A DNA stretch of 64,000 nucleotides, taken from assembly GCF_009914755.1 (NCBI RefSeq), contig NC_060928.1, one strand, 5' to 3'. A program made the translations under genes and the position numbers. Below the pieces are notes generated by a model. That model searched no databases. It had not been told where the DNA came from and saw nothing but the letters and a program-made list of their open reading frames with translations. How positions within the stretch are numbered: the stretch's first letter is position 1; each line of letters begins with the position of its first letter. Shown here piece after piece: positions 53,520 to 64,000 of the stretch. This stretch comes from the human T2T-CHM13v2.0 reference genome, Homo sapiens.

Positions 53520-53740
53520 TTTTTCTTTTTTTTTTTTTTTTTGAGACAGAGACTTGCTATGTCACTCAGCCGGAGTGTAGAGGTGCAGTCACAGCTCACT
53601 CCAGCCTCAATCTCCTGGGCTCAAGCAATCCTCCTACCTCAGCCTCCTGAGTAACTAGGACCACAGGTGTGCACCACCACACCCAGCTAATTTTTTTATT
53701 TTTTGTAGAGATGGGGTCTCCCTCTGTTGCCCAGGCTGGG
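53520..53740 (-). mobile_element. Truncated AluJ inside Tigger1
   Basis: T tail, right monomer and part of the left monomer. Confidence 0.85.
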
Positions 53741-56073
53741 CATTAATTATCTTAACTAGCTTTTCTATATAATTTGCTGCAGCTTCTACATCAGCCCTTG
53801 CTGCTTCATCTTGCACTTTTATGTTATGGAGATGGCTTCTTTCCTTAAAACTCTTGAACTAACCTCTTCTAGCTTCCAACTTTTCTTCTGCAGCTTCCTC
53901 ACCTCTCTCAGTCTTCATAGAGTTGAAGACAGATGGGGCCTTACTCTAGATGAGGGTTTGGCTTAAGGGAGTGTTGTGGCTGGTTTAATTCTCTATCCAT
54001 TAAAATTTTCTCCATATCAGCAATAAGGCTGTTTCACTTTCTTACCACCTGTGTGTTCTCTGGAGTAGCACTTTTCCTTTTCTTCAAGAAATTTTTTTTT
54101 TTTTTTGCATTCACAACTTGGCTGTTTGTCACAAGAGGCCTATCTTTTGGCCTATCTTGACTTTCAACATGCCTTTCTCTCTCAGCTTAACATTACTAGC
54201 TGTTGACTTAAAGTGTGAGATGTGTGACTCTTCCTTTCACTTGAACACATAGAGGCTGCTGTAGGGTTATTAAGTGACCTAATTTTAATATTTTTGTGTC
54301 TCAGGGAATAGGGAAGCCTGAGGAGAGGAAAAGATAGTAAGAAATGACTGGTCAGTGGAGCAGTCAGAAGACACACAATATTTATGGATTAACTTTGCTG
54401 GCTCCCAGACAGTTTGTGGTGCCCCAAAATAATTACAATAATAACACCAAAGATCACTGATCTCAGATCACCATAACAGATATAATAATAATGAAAAATT
54501 TGAAACATTCCAAGAATTACCAAAAAGTGGCACAGAGACACCGACGGTTAGACTTGCTCTTAGTGACTAATTCCTCAGTATCTCACTTAAGTGAATGCCC
54601 TTTCAAGTAACACAAATTTTGTATTTGAGCACTCTGCTTGTGTTCTTCATCAACAAATACATTAGTATTTTAAATGAAACAAGCCTGTAATAACCCCAAG
54701 CTTTGCCTTGGCAGTTCTAGCTCTGTAATGTATGTGTGTAATGTGTGTGTGTGTGTGTTTAAACACAAAGTATATGGAGATACGAAGTATACCTGCCAAG
54801 TTAGTATGAAAAACACAAAATTTAGATTACACAGTTAGCTCAGCTTTCATTTTCTGCTCCTGCTAAGTCACAGAATAGAAAATGAGAGAGGGAAAAAGGC
54901 TTTCTTGCTATTTCAAATTCAAAACCAACTTCTTAAAGTTAGTTAAGAAACCATTGGCTAGTAGAGCACATTTAATCCCAACACCAACACAATAATTCAC
55001 TGCTTTAATATTTTCAATGGTTACTTCATTGCATGCATAAGCTCAGAGACAGAATAACTAGAGCCATCCATATATCTGTTACTTTCTTCCCTTTCAGACT
55101 CTCTTGCTTTTGGTAATAAAATTCTACATGCCCTCCAGGAGTGTCTAAACCTGACAGCAGCTCCACTATCTATTCTGGCAATGTCTAACTTCCTGTCTTT
55201 CATTTACAATATAATACTTTAACAAAAGAAAGATAGACAAAAAGATTTGTTAATTGAATAATGTTTTTCTATGAATTTGTCAGGCATTTTTTTTTGCGCT
55301 GTTAGTAAGTTATTTCATTCTTGAAATTACCTTGACGGCAGTAGCTCATTAATCACACTAATATTTGCATAAGAAATCTCTCAATTGTATATACGTTAAA
55401 TGACAATATAAGTAGATCCATATGACAGATCCATCCGTTTGATGGATTTGGGAAATTGGGTTTTCTAGGATATCAGTTCTCTATTTTACTTGGTAATGTT
55501 CCTGGCAGTGAAGAGCTTTAAATTTGGCATTTGTCATTGCCTATCTTGGTCCAAATTATATCATGCTAAATATTATGAAGAATACTGCACAGGGGAAATC
55601 AGCAGTGGGTTATTACCGTGTACTAGTGTCTAATATTAGAACTGCTAGCCAGATGCTTCCTGTGGACTTCTAGAGAGCAGAGAGTGTGGTGCCACTGAGC
55701 TCCAGAGGCACTGATGTGAAGTACGCAGAAGATAAATCATGCAGTATATTCATTTCATTTGGCCCATGTAACTCCACTGACGTCACTGTGGATAGATAAC
55801 TGGGGTCTGTACCAGGCCCCTCTCGCTTCTGCACTCTGAGGCCTTCGGAGGTGCTGCCCATCTAGCCAGGCCCTGCAGTAATTTCACACACTCCTCTAAT
55901 AAAGTCCTCGGGGGCTGTCATGTATTTTCCTCTGTTTGCCCTATTATCCCTCCCTGCTTGAGTCTCACAGATAATTGATGATGCTTCAGTTAATCATCTT
56001 TCCCTCTCTTTTGTTCACCAGGTACTTCGGCCTTCAAGGGGCTCCTTTATTGAGAATCAATGTCTTCTCCTAG

Positions 56074-56364
<291 letters not shown>

Positions 56365-57719
56365 TGAGTGGATTTCTAGGGCATGAATGGGACATGGGCT
56401 GCGGGCGGACGGGCAGGGGAGGAAGCCCACTTTGTTGCACTGAATTGCTGTCAGTTCTAATTTTAGGCTTCAGTAAACATGAGGCTACAAGAAACAGTTT
56501 AGTTCAAGAAGAACAAAGGATCCAAGTTGGCTGGTGCACGTAAATTTCAATTATTAAAAAATTGAAGCAATTTCTGAATGGTGGCACATACTTTTTTTCA
56601 AACTAGGATTTTTTGCCTCATCGGTTTCCATAGACTTCTAGGGTTTCCATAAATACGTCATCTCACCAGTCCAATCTCACTATTTTGATCACCAATACAT
56701 TCTTCATGCTATATTCTCACACCATTTGTAAAATAAATTCTCTCATCTCGATAAATACTGATTGCATCATTATCAGGTTTTAAGAATTTGGCTTTTTGCT
56801 CATTTTGTTCTTTGTGCCATTCAGAGTATCAGATAAGTCATTGTTTGGGAAGTTTCCATCACAAAGTCTAGAAAGTTAAAGCAATTCTTATGTCTTCTTT
56901 AACCAATTTTTGAGAGGCAATCTTCTGGGTTTTTTTTTTAGATTTCTTTTTAGCATTTGAATAAATTTTCCTCCACTTCCATAAGTACTGTCCTTTGTAC
57001 ATGCTTTTAATATTTTTCTCAGTATTTTTAGCACTTTGCTATTCCTCACAGAAACAAGATTCCCAAATAAAATGCATACTCCTCATTTTTTGCTGTTGTT
57101 CATTATGTAATGGGAAAATGTTCTGGGAGAGTCTTTTCTCCTGAGTTCTTGTACATAGGCACATATATTTTTACAAGGGCACTATGGAAGTCTTAATTAT
57201 TTGTAACCTGTCATTTGTCCTCCTTTCAAGATAAAAATCCCCTACGTCCAGTCATTTCACAGCCTCAGTTTCTGTGATACACCAATGTGTGACTTTGCTT
57301 CCTGGCTCCATGTGCCTGTCAGCCTGAGATCACTCTCACAGATGTCAGCCTTTGTCAGGGAATGGCAGGTACTTGGCACCTATAGAATATGCTCTATGGC
57401 TGGCCCTAGTTCTCCCCAGGGGCGGTGTGTTGTGTTCTGTTGTTTCCACTGAAGTTTTTCTCTCCCTTTTACTACACCACACCCTTTGTCTCCTCAGCCA
57501 AATTCCTTTAAGCTTTGTGTTCTCCCTGATGAAGACTCTGAGCTCCCAATTGGGTAGCATTTTCTTTTCTTTTTCTTCACGAGTGCCACAGAATAGAAGA
57601 AGTAATCAGTTTAGTTCCAGATAAGGCAAATCACGGCTGTAAAATCACTAAATTAGACATGGCCCTTCAGGTAAGCTGCTTGGGGAAGCAAGTGATCAGA
57701 GAGGCAGAGGAGGTTACTG

Positions 57720-58075
57720 CTGGGTCTGGGGCTGACTGCCCGGCGTTGGTTGAATCCAATAAACCGACGGGGAAGGACGCCTCCTAAGCGGAGCCATTGG
57801 CAGCCGTAGCATCAGCCCCAGCCCAAGGGCGGCGCTGCGTGTCCCACCCGAGCCCACCGTGCGGATGGAGTGCAGCCTGCACCGGATCCCTTCCCTCGGC
57901 AGGTGGCTGCGGAGCGGCTCGAGCAGGCGGGTCGTGCCGCCACCGATGTCGTCACCGCATGTGCTCCCAGAGAAAGGCATTAGTACAGGGTCACTTATGG
58001 CAGCGGGGCGAGCCAGCAGACCCTGCAACACAAACACTGAGGTTTTTCTTCTCCTTCCTCCTCTCGACGCCATGA
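57720..58075. promoter_or_regulatory. Small intronic CpG-island-like element
   Basis: About 28 CpGs in ~350 bp within CpG-poor intron; CCAAT (~57756) and ATTGG (~57796) boxes; no repeat similarity that I recognise. Confidence 0.55.
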
Positions 58076-59134
58076 TTTTCCCTCAGAAACTGTCCTTGTT
58101 AGCATGGGTGACTACCCCAGCAACTTCTCCAGAGATGAAGAAGGAACTGAAATCCAGAGATACATTTTAAAAACATAGTTAAGAGGCATATTTTATTTCA
58201 GAGTGCCTCACAGGACATTCTGACGTGAGGTGTGGGGAAAGGGTGATGTGAAGGAGGCAAAAATGAGTTAGTTGTAAAGAACAGACTTTTCCATTACCAT
58301 GAAGAAATTTGAAAATATGAACACTATTCACTCCAAAGTGTGATAAAATTCTATGAACCCAGAAATCACATTTCCTTTGCCATGTGACTGCTCACATTGA
58401 CTCAGTGTTCAAATAATTTAAAGAATTTATTAGCTAAACTGGGACACTTCTTCTGAGAGTGAAAAGGAGCACTGTTAATAAGGACCCTAGGACCACACAG
58501 GATGGTCCTAAGCAAACAGGTCTAAGGGGTCATCCTGTCTGTGACTGTTTAGAAATGCTCTTGAAGAAATGTTCTCTACAGCTATATTGAAAACAGTTTC
58601 AGAAGTTGAAATTATGTCAGTGGCTGTAAGAGGGTCAGGTTTTCCAGCAGAATGTGGCCACCTAAGTCCCTAATCCTGTGGGTCTGCTTTCAAGGGGGAG
58701 CACTATCAGTCACACAGTAGATGCTCAGTAGTCCTGGACTGCTCAATGGAGATAGGGGGTGATAATTTCAGTGTGATACCTGTAAGCCATCCTCGGTAAT
58801 CAGTGTGAATCATTCATTGGCATAGCCCATGTGATATCCCCTCAATGCCAAACAGTCCTTCCCCACCAGAAAACTTCCTTCCATTTGCCCAGTTCATAAA
58901 TGGTTCTAAATGGCTCATAAAAAGGGATCACAGACCAAGTTAGATTTTCTCTCTCCTTTTTTCTTTTGTTCTTTCTGTCATATCTCTTTTGCTGTATTTA
59001 ACATGTTTCACATAGATACTAGATGAACCATGTCTTTTTTATAGATGATATAAAAATATTTTCAAAGGGCCAGCTAGAAGATGAACCTTGTCTTTTAATC
59101 ATACTGGTCTTTCACCCATCATGATGTGACTTAT

Positions 59135-59790
59135 AAAAATGATGAGACATGATGCTTGTCTTCAGGGAGATAGCAGTCCAGTGAGAGACAGAAATAGTTA
59201 CAGAGCAGTGGGATGATGGCTGAAAAGAGCCTGCTCCCTTGGGTTTGGAAGTGCTCAGAGCAGGCGCTCAATTCCACTGTGAGGTCACGGTGGATTGAGG
59301 AGAAGTGGCAATGTTTGCATTGAGTGCTGAAGCCAGTGGGCCTGAATTTGGTCACAAGGCACTGGGGGAAGTCAATCCAAAGAGCCGGAACGGGATTTGC
59401 CAAACCACTGAAGATTTTTATTCAGGGCAATGGACTGGTCCATCTTGTTTTTAGAAAAACGAGGCTTGACAATGTGCAAGAGGGACTGGACGGAGCAAGA
59501 TTCAGACAATAATTCAGGCAAGAATTACTGCCAAGGAAGAGGAGGAAATGGATTTTAGGAGCCACAGGATTTGACAACCAATTAGGTTTGGGGAAGAAGA
59601 GAGAACACAAAGTCTAGACTGACTCCTGGGTTTCAGATTCGGGGAACTTAGTAAATGGTGGTGCCAGTCATTAAAGTAGAGATTTATAAGGGAAAACAGA
59701 TTTAGAAAAAAGTGATGAGTTCAGTTTTGGATGTTGAGCATGAGAGGCTTGCAAGACAAGTACCTAGAGATTTATAGCTGGCAGTCATAT
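59135..59790 (-). mobile_element. L2 fragment
   Basis: Purine-rich reverse L2 text (gactcctgggtttcagattc...gatgagttcagttttgga). Confidence 0.6.
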
Positions 59791-60625
59791 ATACAGGTCC
59801 TTTATTTATATGGCAGTCATATGTACAGGTCCATATATATATAATCCTTTATTCAGAACCCTGGCATCACATGTGTACTTCAGAATTCAGAATTTTTCTA
59901 GTGTTAGGAGGGTCTTCTGGTGCATGTACTGTACATCACATTCATGCTTCAGTAGCAGGTGGAGTGCAGTCAAACACAAAAAATTTTGCAGCAAAACATT
60001 TGAGCAATCTCACTGAGTCCTTAACCAGGACTATAAATAGCCTCTAGTTAATTCAAGTCTGTTTCGGGTGCCAAACTTAAGAAAAATTTCCAGTTGCTAA
60101 AGCTGCTTGTGTTTCCAAAGTTTGTATAGGAGATTATGGACCATTATAAGTAGACTTGGTACCCATTAAGAGATTTAATACATCTACTAATGTGAAACAG
60201 GGCCATTTCACAATTAATTTACACGATTTCAAATCTGATATGTGTTTTTCGTAGTTATTTTCTGTATTCAAATGTAGTCCATATCGAAGGGATGAGAAAG
60301 TGAAGTCTTAGAGAAGCAAAAAGAGGTTGTACAAATTAACACTGCATCATCCACCTGCCACAAGCCCAGAATGCCATTCCATTTCAGTCCCTTTCTCATT
60401 TTACAGGGAAAATAATATTTCCTTCATTCCTTTCTCTGATTCTTCATGCAGAGATAGTCACTAAAGTGCTTTACTTCCTGCTAAAAACCTTTCTTAATGC
60501 CTGACTACCCCAATTTACCTGTAGGGCAAAGTCGGCCAGGGCCACCCCTGACAGATAGCTCCTCACTGTTATTCTTTGAGTCAGAACCAACAGCTTAGAC
60601 CAGCCAGCAAGAGGCAGGGAAAAGG

Positions 60626-60656
<31 letters not shown>

Positions 60657-60727
60657 GCCACTGAGGTGCTTCATCATAACATTGGTAGCTCAACAGCCTT
60701 TTCTTTGACTGCAATTTCCTTACCTGA

Positions 60728-60955
<228 letters not shown>

Positions 60956-62080
60956 TAAGTGGTCTAATAGATTAAATTTCTTTGAAGCACAAGACAGCCC
61001 CCTACCCTTATGCTCAGCTCTGCCAGATTGACTAATGTGAGGGAAATAGCTGTTTGAAAAACATTACTTGCCCATAAGATCTTGTGTTGTAAAGCCAAAT
61101 CCAGTAAAAGTGAAGAGTGGTCAGTGAGTCTAACATGAACCCTGTCATCTTGAAATATTTACATATCCTTGGTGGGCCAAAGAAGCAGATTTGATTTCAC
61201 CATTCCTCACAGCATTTTAATTTTGAAATGCTACTTTCTAAAAGTTAGGTAGCTTAAAAAAGTAAATGCACCCTTGTTTCATCAGTGTGACTTGCTGTCT
61301 AAGCTACTGAAGTCTGGCATATTCCTTCCCTGAGCCCCACCTAGGGTCCTGTTGACTTTCTTATATCCTCAAGATTAAGGCTGTTCAGGAAGCATCAAGT
61401 CAAAGTCATTGACATGCTTATTTCTCAACTCATTTATTGGAAATTAATTGAACTGGTACTTCTATGCCAGATAGAAGAGAGCCTGGGGAGTAGCACAGGA
61501 ACTCAGATTGCAGCTCAGGATTCAGGCTTTGATTCTGGGGATAACATAGGGAGAACCGTTTTCCTTTTTGATAGCGTTGCTTTTTACCCACATTCTCTCG
61601 GAAGATTGTCAAGGAAGAAAGCTTGCTAATTTATATATATATATATATATTTTCTCAAATAAAAAATATATTTGTCAGGCATTAAAGCATGACAATATCC
61701 TAAAATTTTTACTTTATTGCTTTACGTAAGATTGTATTTTTGAGTCATCCCAAAATAAATATATAGACATTGTCTTTGCCCATTCAAGCAAAAATCTAAG
61801 AAAGACCCCCTGATCTATAGACACACAAGAGCATCTTTAGAGACTTAATAGAAACAGTAAAACCCCAGCTCTCTCATCCTCCTAAAAAACAAACAAAACA
61901 GGTTAAGCAGACTGGGGATTGCAAGCAAAGGAAAGTGAATGCTTAAGGAGAACACAATGGTGAGCCAGGGTTTTAAATAAATGTGGTCAGTATTAGTGGA
62001 AAAGTAGAATAAAATAATAACTATAACTTAACTATCACTATAGAGTTTACAAAGTGCTTGTAACACTTTACAGAGTGATT

Positions 62081-62443
62081 CAGATGCTCTTTGACTTACA
62101 AAGGAGTTGCCCCCAGTAAATCCATCATAAGTTGGAAATATAATAGGTCAAAAATATTATACATTAAAAATGCATTTACTACACCCAACCTACTAAACAT
62201 CATAGCTTAGCTTAGCCTACCTTAAGCAAGCTCAGAACCCTTACATTAGTGTACAGTTGGGCAAAATCATCTAATATAATGCCTATTTTGTAATAAGGTA
62301 TTGAATATTTTGTGTAATTTAGTGAATACTGTGCTGCAAGCGAAAAACAGAATGGTTGTAGTCTACTAAATGTATATTGCTTTCACACCATTGTAAAGTA
62401 AAAAAATCATAAGTTGAACAATTGTTAAGTTGGGGTTCTCCTG
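62081..62443 (+). mobile_element. MER47A (TcMar-Tigger) inserted in a MIR
   Basis: cagatgctctttgacttac...catcatagcttagcttagcctaccttaa...aagttggggttctcctg matches my recall of MER47A. Confidence 0.8.
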
Positions 62444-62654
62444 TATTACCATTATCATCCCTCTTTTGAACAAGGAAATTAAGGTGCGAAGAGATTAATT
62501 TGCTCAGGGGAAGAACAGACCAGTAAGTGGTGAAATTGTGACTTACAGCCTTCTCCTTCATCCAACTCCAATTCTCCATCAGGAAGCACCAAGTGAAGAG
62601 CTTGAAAAAACAGGTAGAAGCCATGAGGTTTACTTATTGTATCTAAAGTAAGCT

Positions 62655-62868
62655 GTAGGCCATCCAGTAACACTTTTTGTATTGATGATGGAAATGTTCT
62701 ACAGCTGTGTTCAATATGGTAGCCACTAGCTACAGATGGCTCTCAAGCACTTGAAATGTGGTGAATGGGACCGAAGAACTGAATTTTTATTTTAGCTATT
62801 TTTTATTCATTTCTATGTAAATAGTCACATGTGGCCAGGGCTGCCATTTTATTGGACAGTGCAGCTCT
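62655..62868. mobile_element. MER3-like hAT-Charlie MITE
   Basis: gatgatggaaatgttctac...caatatggtagccactagc...ttggacagtgcag. Confidence 0.7.
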
Positions 62869-62870
62869 AA

Positions 62871-63058
62871 AGCAGTGGCTATAAATGTGAGACCTCCCAA
62901 CAATAGATTAGCATCATCTGAAATCTGGTCAGAAATTCAAATTCTTGGGTGCAAATCAAAAACCCTTACTGAATCAAACACCCTGGGGGTGGGAGTCCGG
63001 CAATCAGCATTAGAGAAGCCCTCCAGATGATTCTGATGCTAAAGTTTGAGAGTCACTG
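62871..63058. mobile_element. MER5A hAT-Charlie MITE
   Basis: cagtgg...agcatcatctg...tactgaatca...gccctccagatgattctgatgc..aaagtttgagagtcactg. Confidence 0.75.
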
Positions 63059-64000
63059 TTTGCAGGAAAGAGTAGAGTGGCAAGCAAGGGGGAAGGGCAG
63101 AGAGACTGAATGGGGATATAGTGGAGAGGGTCAAGGTAAGGAGTAAGGAGAATCCAGTGAGAAGGCTGTAGGAGACCAATCCAATAAAAAAAAAATCTCT
63201 TTTCCATCAATTCTGGGAACTGTTGCTTAGACTGGAGCCCTTCTGCAAAAGCTGATGGTCACTTTACTTGCTTGGAGATCCCTTGTGGAATTAGCCTAGT
63301 GGCATAAAAGAACTTTACAAACCTTCCAAGGAAGGCGAGAGCAAAACGGCCTCACAAGAGGGAGTGACTCAGCTTTGACTTTTGGGCTTAGCAGGTTTCT
63401 CTGACTTTTGAACATAGGCTGAGTGATGTGGCACATCACTATAACTGGGGTTTACTCCCCTTGTTCCATCCTGCAATCACCAGATCCCCTGAGCCCTGCA
63501 TTCAAAGCTGGTAGTGACATTAGCTTAAAAACTGAAAAAGATGTTTTAAACATCATTAAAAACATCAGTCCCGCTGCACTGGGGGTTTAATGTGAGTTGG
63601 GAGAGAAGCTGCTCATAGTTGGAGTAGACTATTTTAAGAGCCCACTTATGATACCTCCCGCTATGCCTCTCTATACTACACAAATTTCACAATTGGAGAA
63701 ATAGAAGCATAGAGAATTTAAGAAGTTTGAGCCCAGCTCACAAGGTCACTCAGTAGCAGCTCTAAGGGGCGCTGTCTATTAGGCCTTCTTTAGTCTCTAA
63801 TGTATTTAATCTGGCAGCTTTTTGAACTCTGAGCATCATTTTCTTTAGCTTGCCCAGCAAGCTATAAATTAAGCAACCGCACCTCCTAATGACTTTTAGG
63901 ATGTTCTCCTATTGTGCCAGACCCCAAGTGCACAATTGCTAAACCACTCTGTTTTGTAAATATGGAGAACCATAGCACCCTGTAAGTCAGGCACTCCTAA

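Larger units (their letters stand above)
51875..54560 (-). mobile_element. Tigger1 (pogo-family) DNA transposon, degenerate, interrupted by two Alu-family inserts, far TIR missing
   Basis: Minus-strand ORF fragments 53001-53252 ([13 protein letters not shown]...[15 protein letters not shown], pogo DDD domain) and 52406-52654. The terminus caagtgtacctcaaagatattgtgg resembles the Tigger1 TIR end. Confidence 0.88.

Noticed and set aside
59779-59831. Short duplication tggcagtcatat(a/g)tacaggtcc
   Set aside because: A 22-bp local slippage at a repeat junction, with no evidence of function.

Overview
Primate (human or great-ape-like) AT-rich genomic DNA lying entirely inside the ALPK1 gene (alpha-kinase 1, the ADP-heptose sensor) on the + strand. 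About 56 kb of upstream 5'-UTR intron precede the start-codon exon (56022-56242, [15 protein letters not shown]...) and the next coding exon (60744-60898). The long intron holds a near full-length, sense-oriented processed pseudogene of RTEL1 (RTEL1P1, ~33656-38260). It carries the parental GC-rich promoter/5'UTR and has no poly(A) tail or visible TSD. The intron also holds a full-length L1PB1-type LINE nested in a MER2 nested in an old L1M, with an apparent 3' transduction; a degenerate ERVL internal region; a Tigger1 transposon; about 18 Alus; and MIR/L2/MER fragments. No prokaryotic systems are present, and I cannot support a wholly new biological system. The best leads are the retrocopied promoter, a residual HHD2+PIP-box ORF in the pseudogene, AG|GT dual splice sites with a uORF at the ALPK1 start exon, an L1 3' transduction and an orphan intronic CpG island. 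Gene and repeat-family names come from my recall of the sequences, not from a search, and repeat boundaries are approximate.
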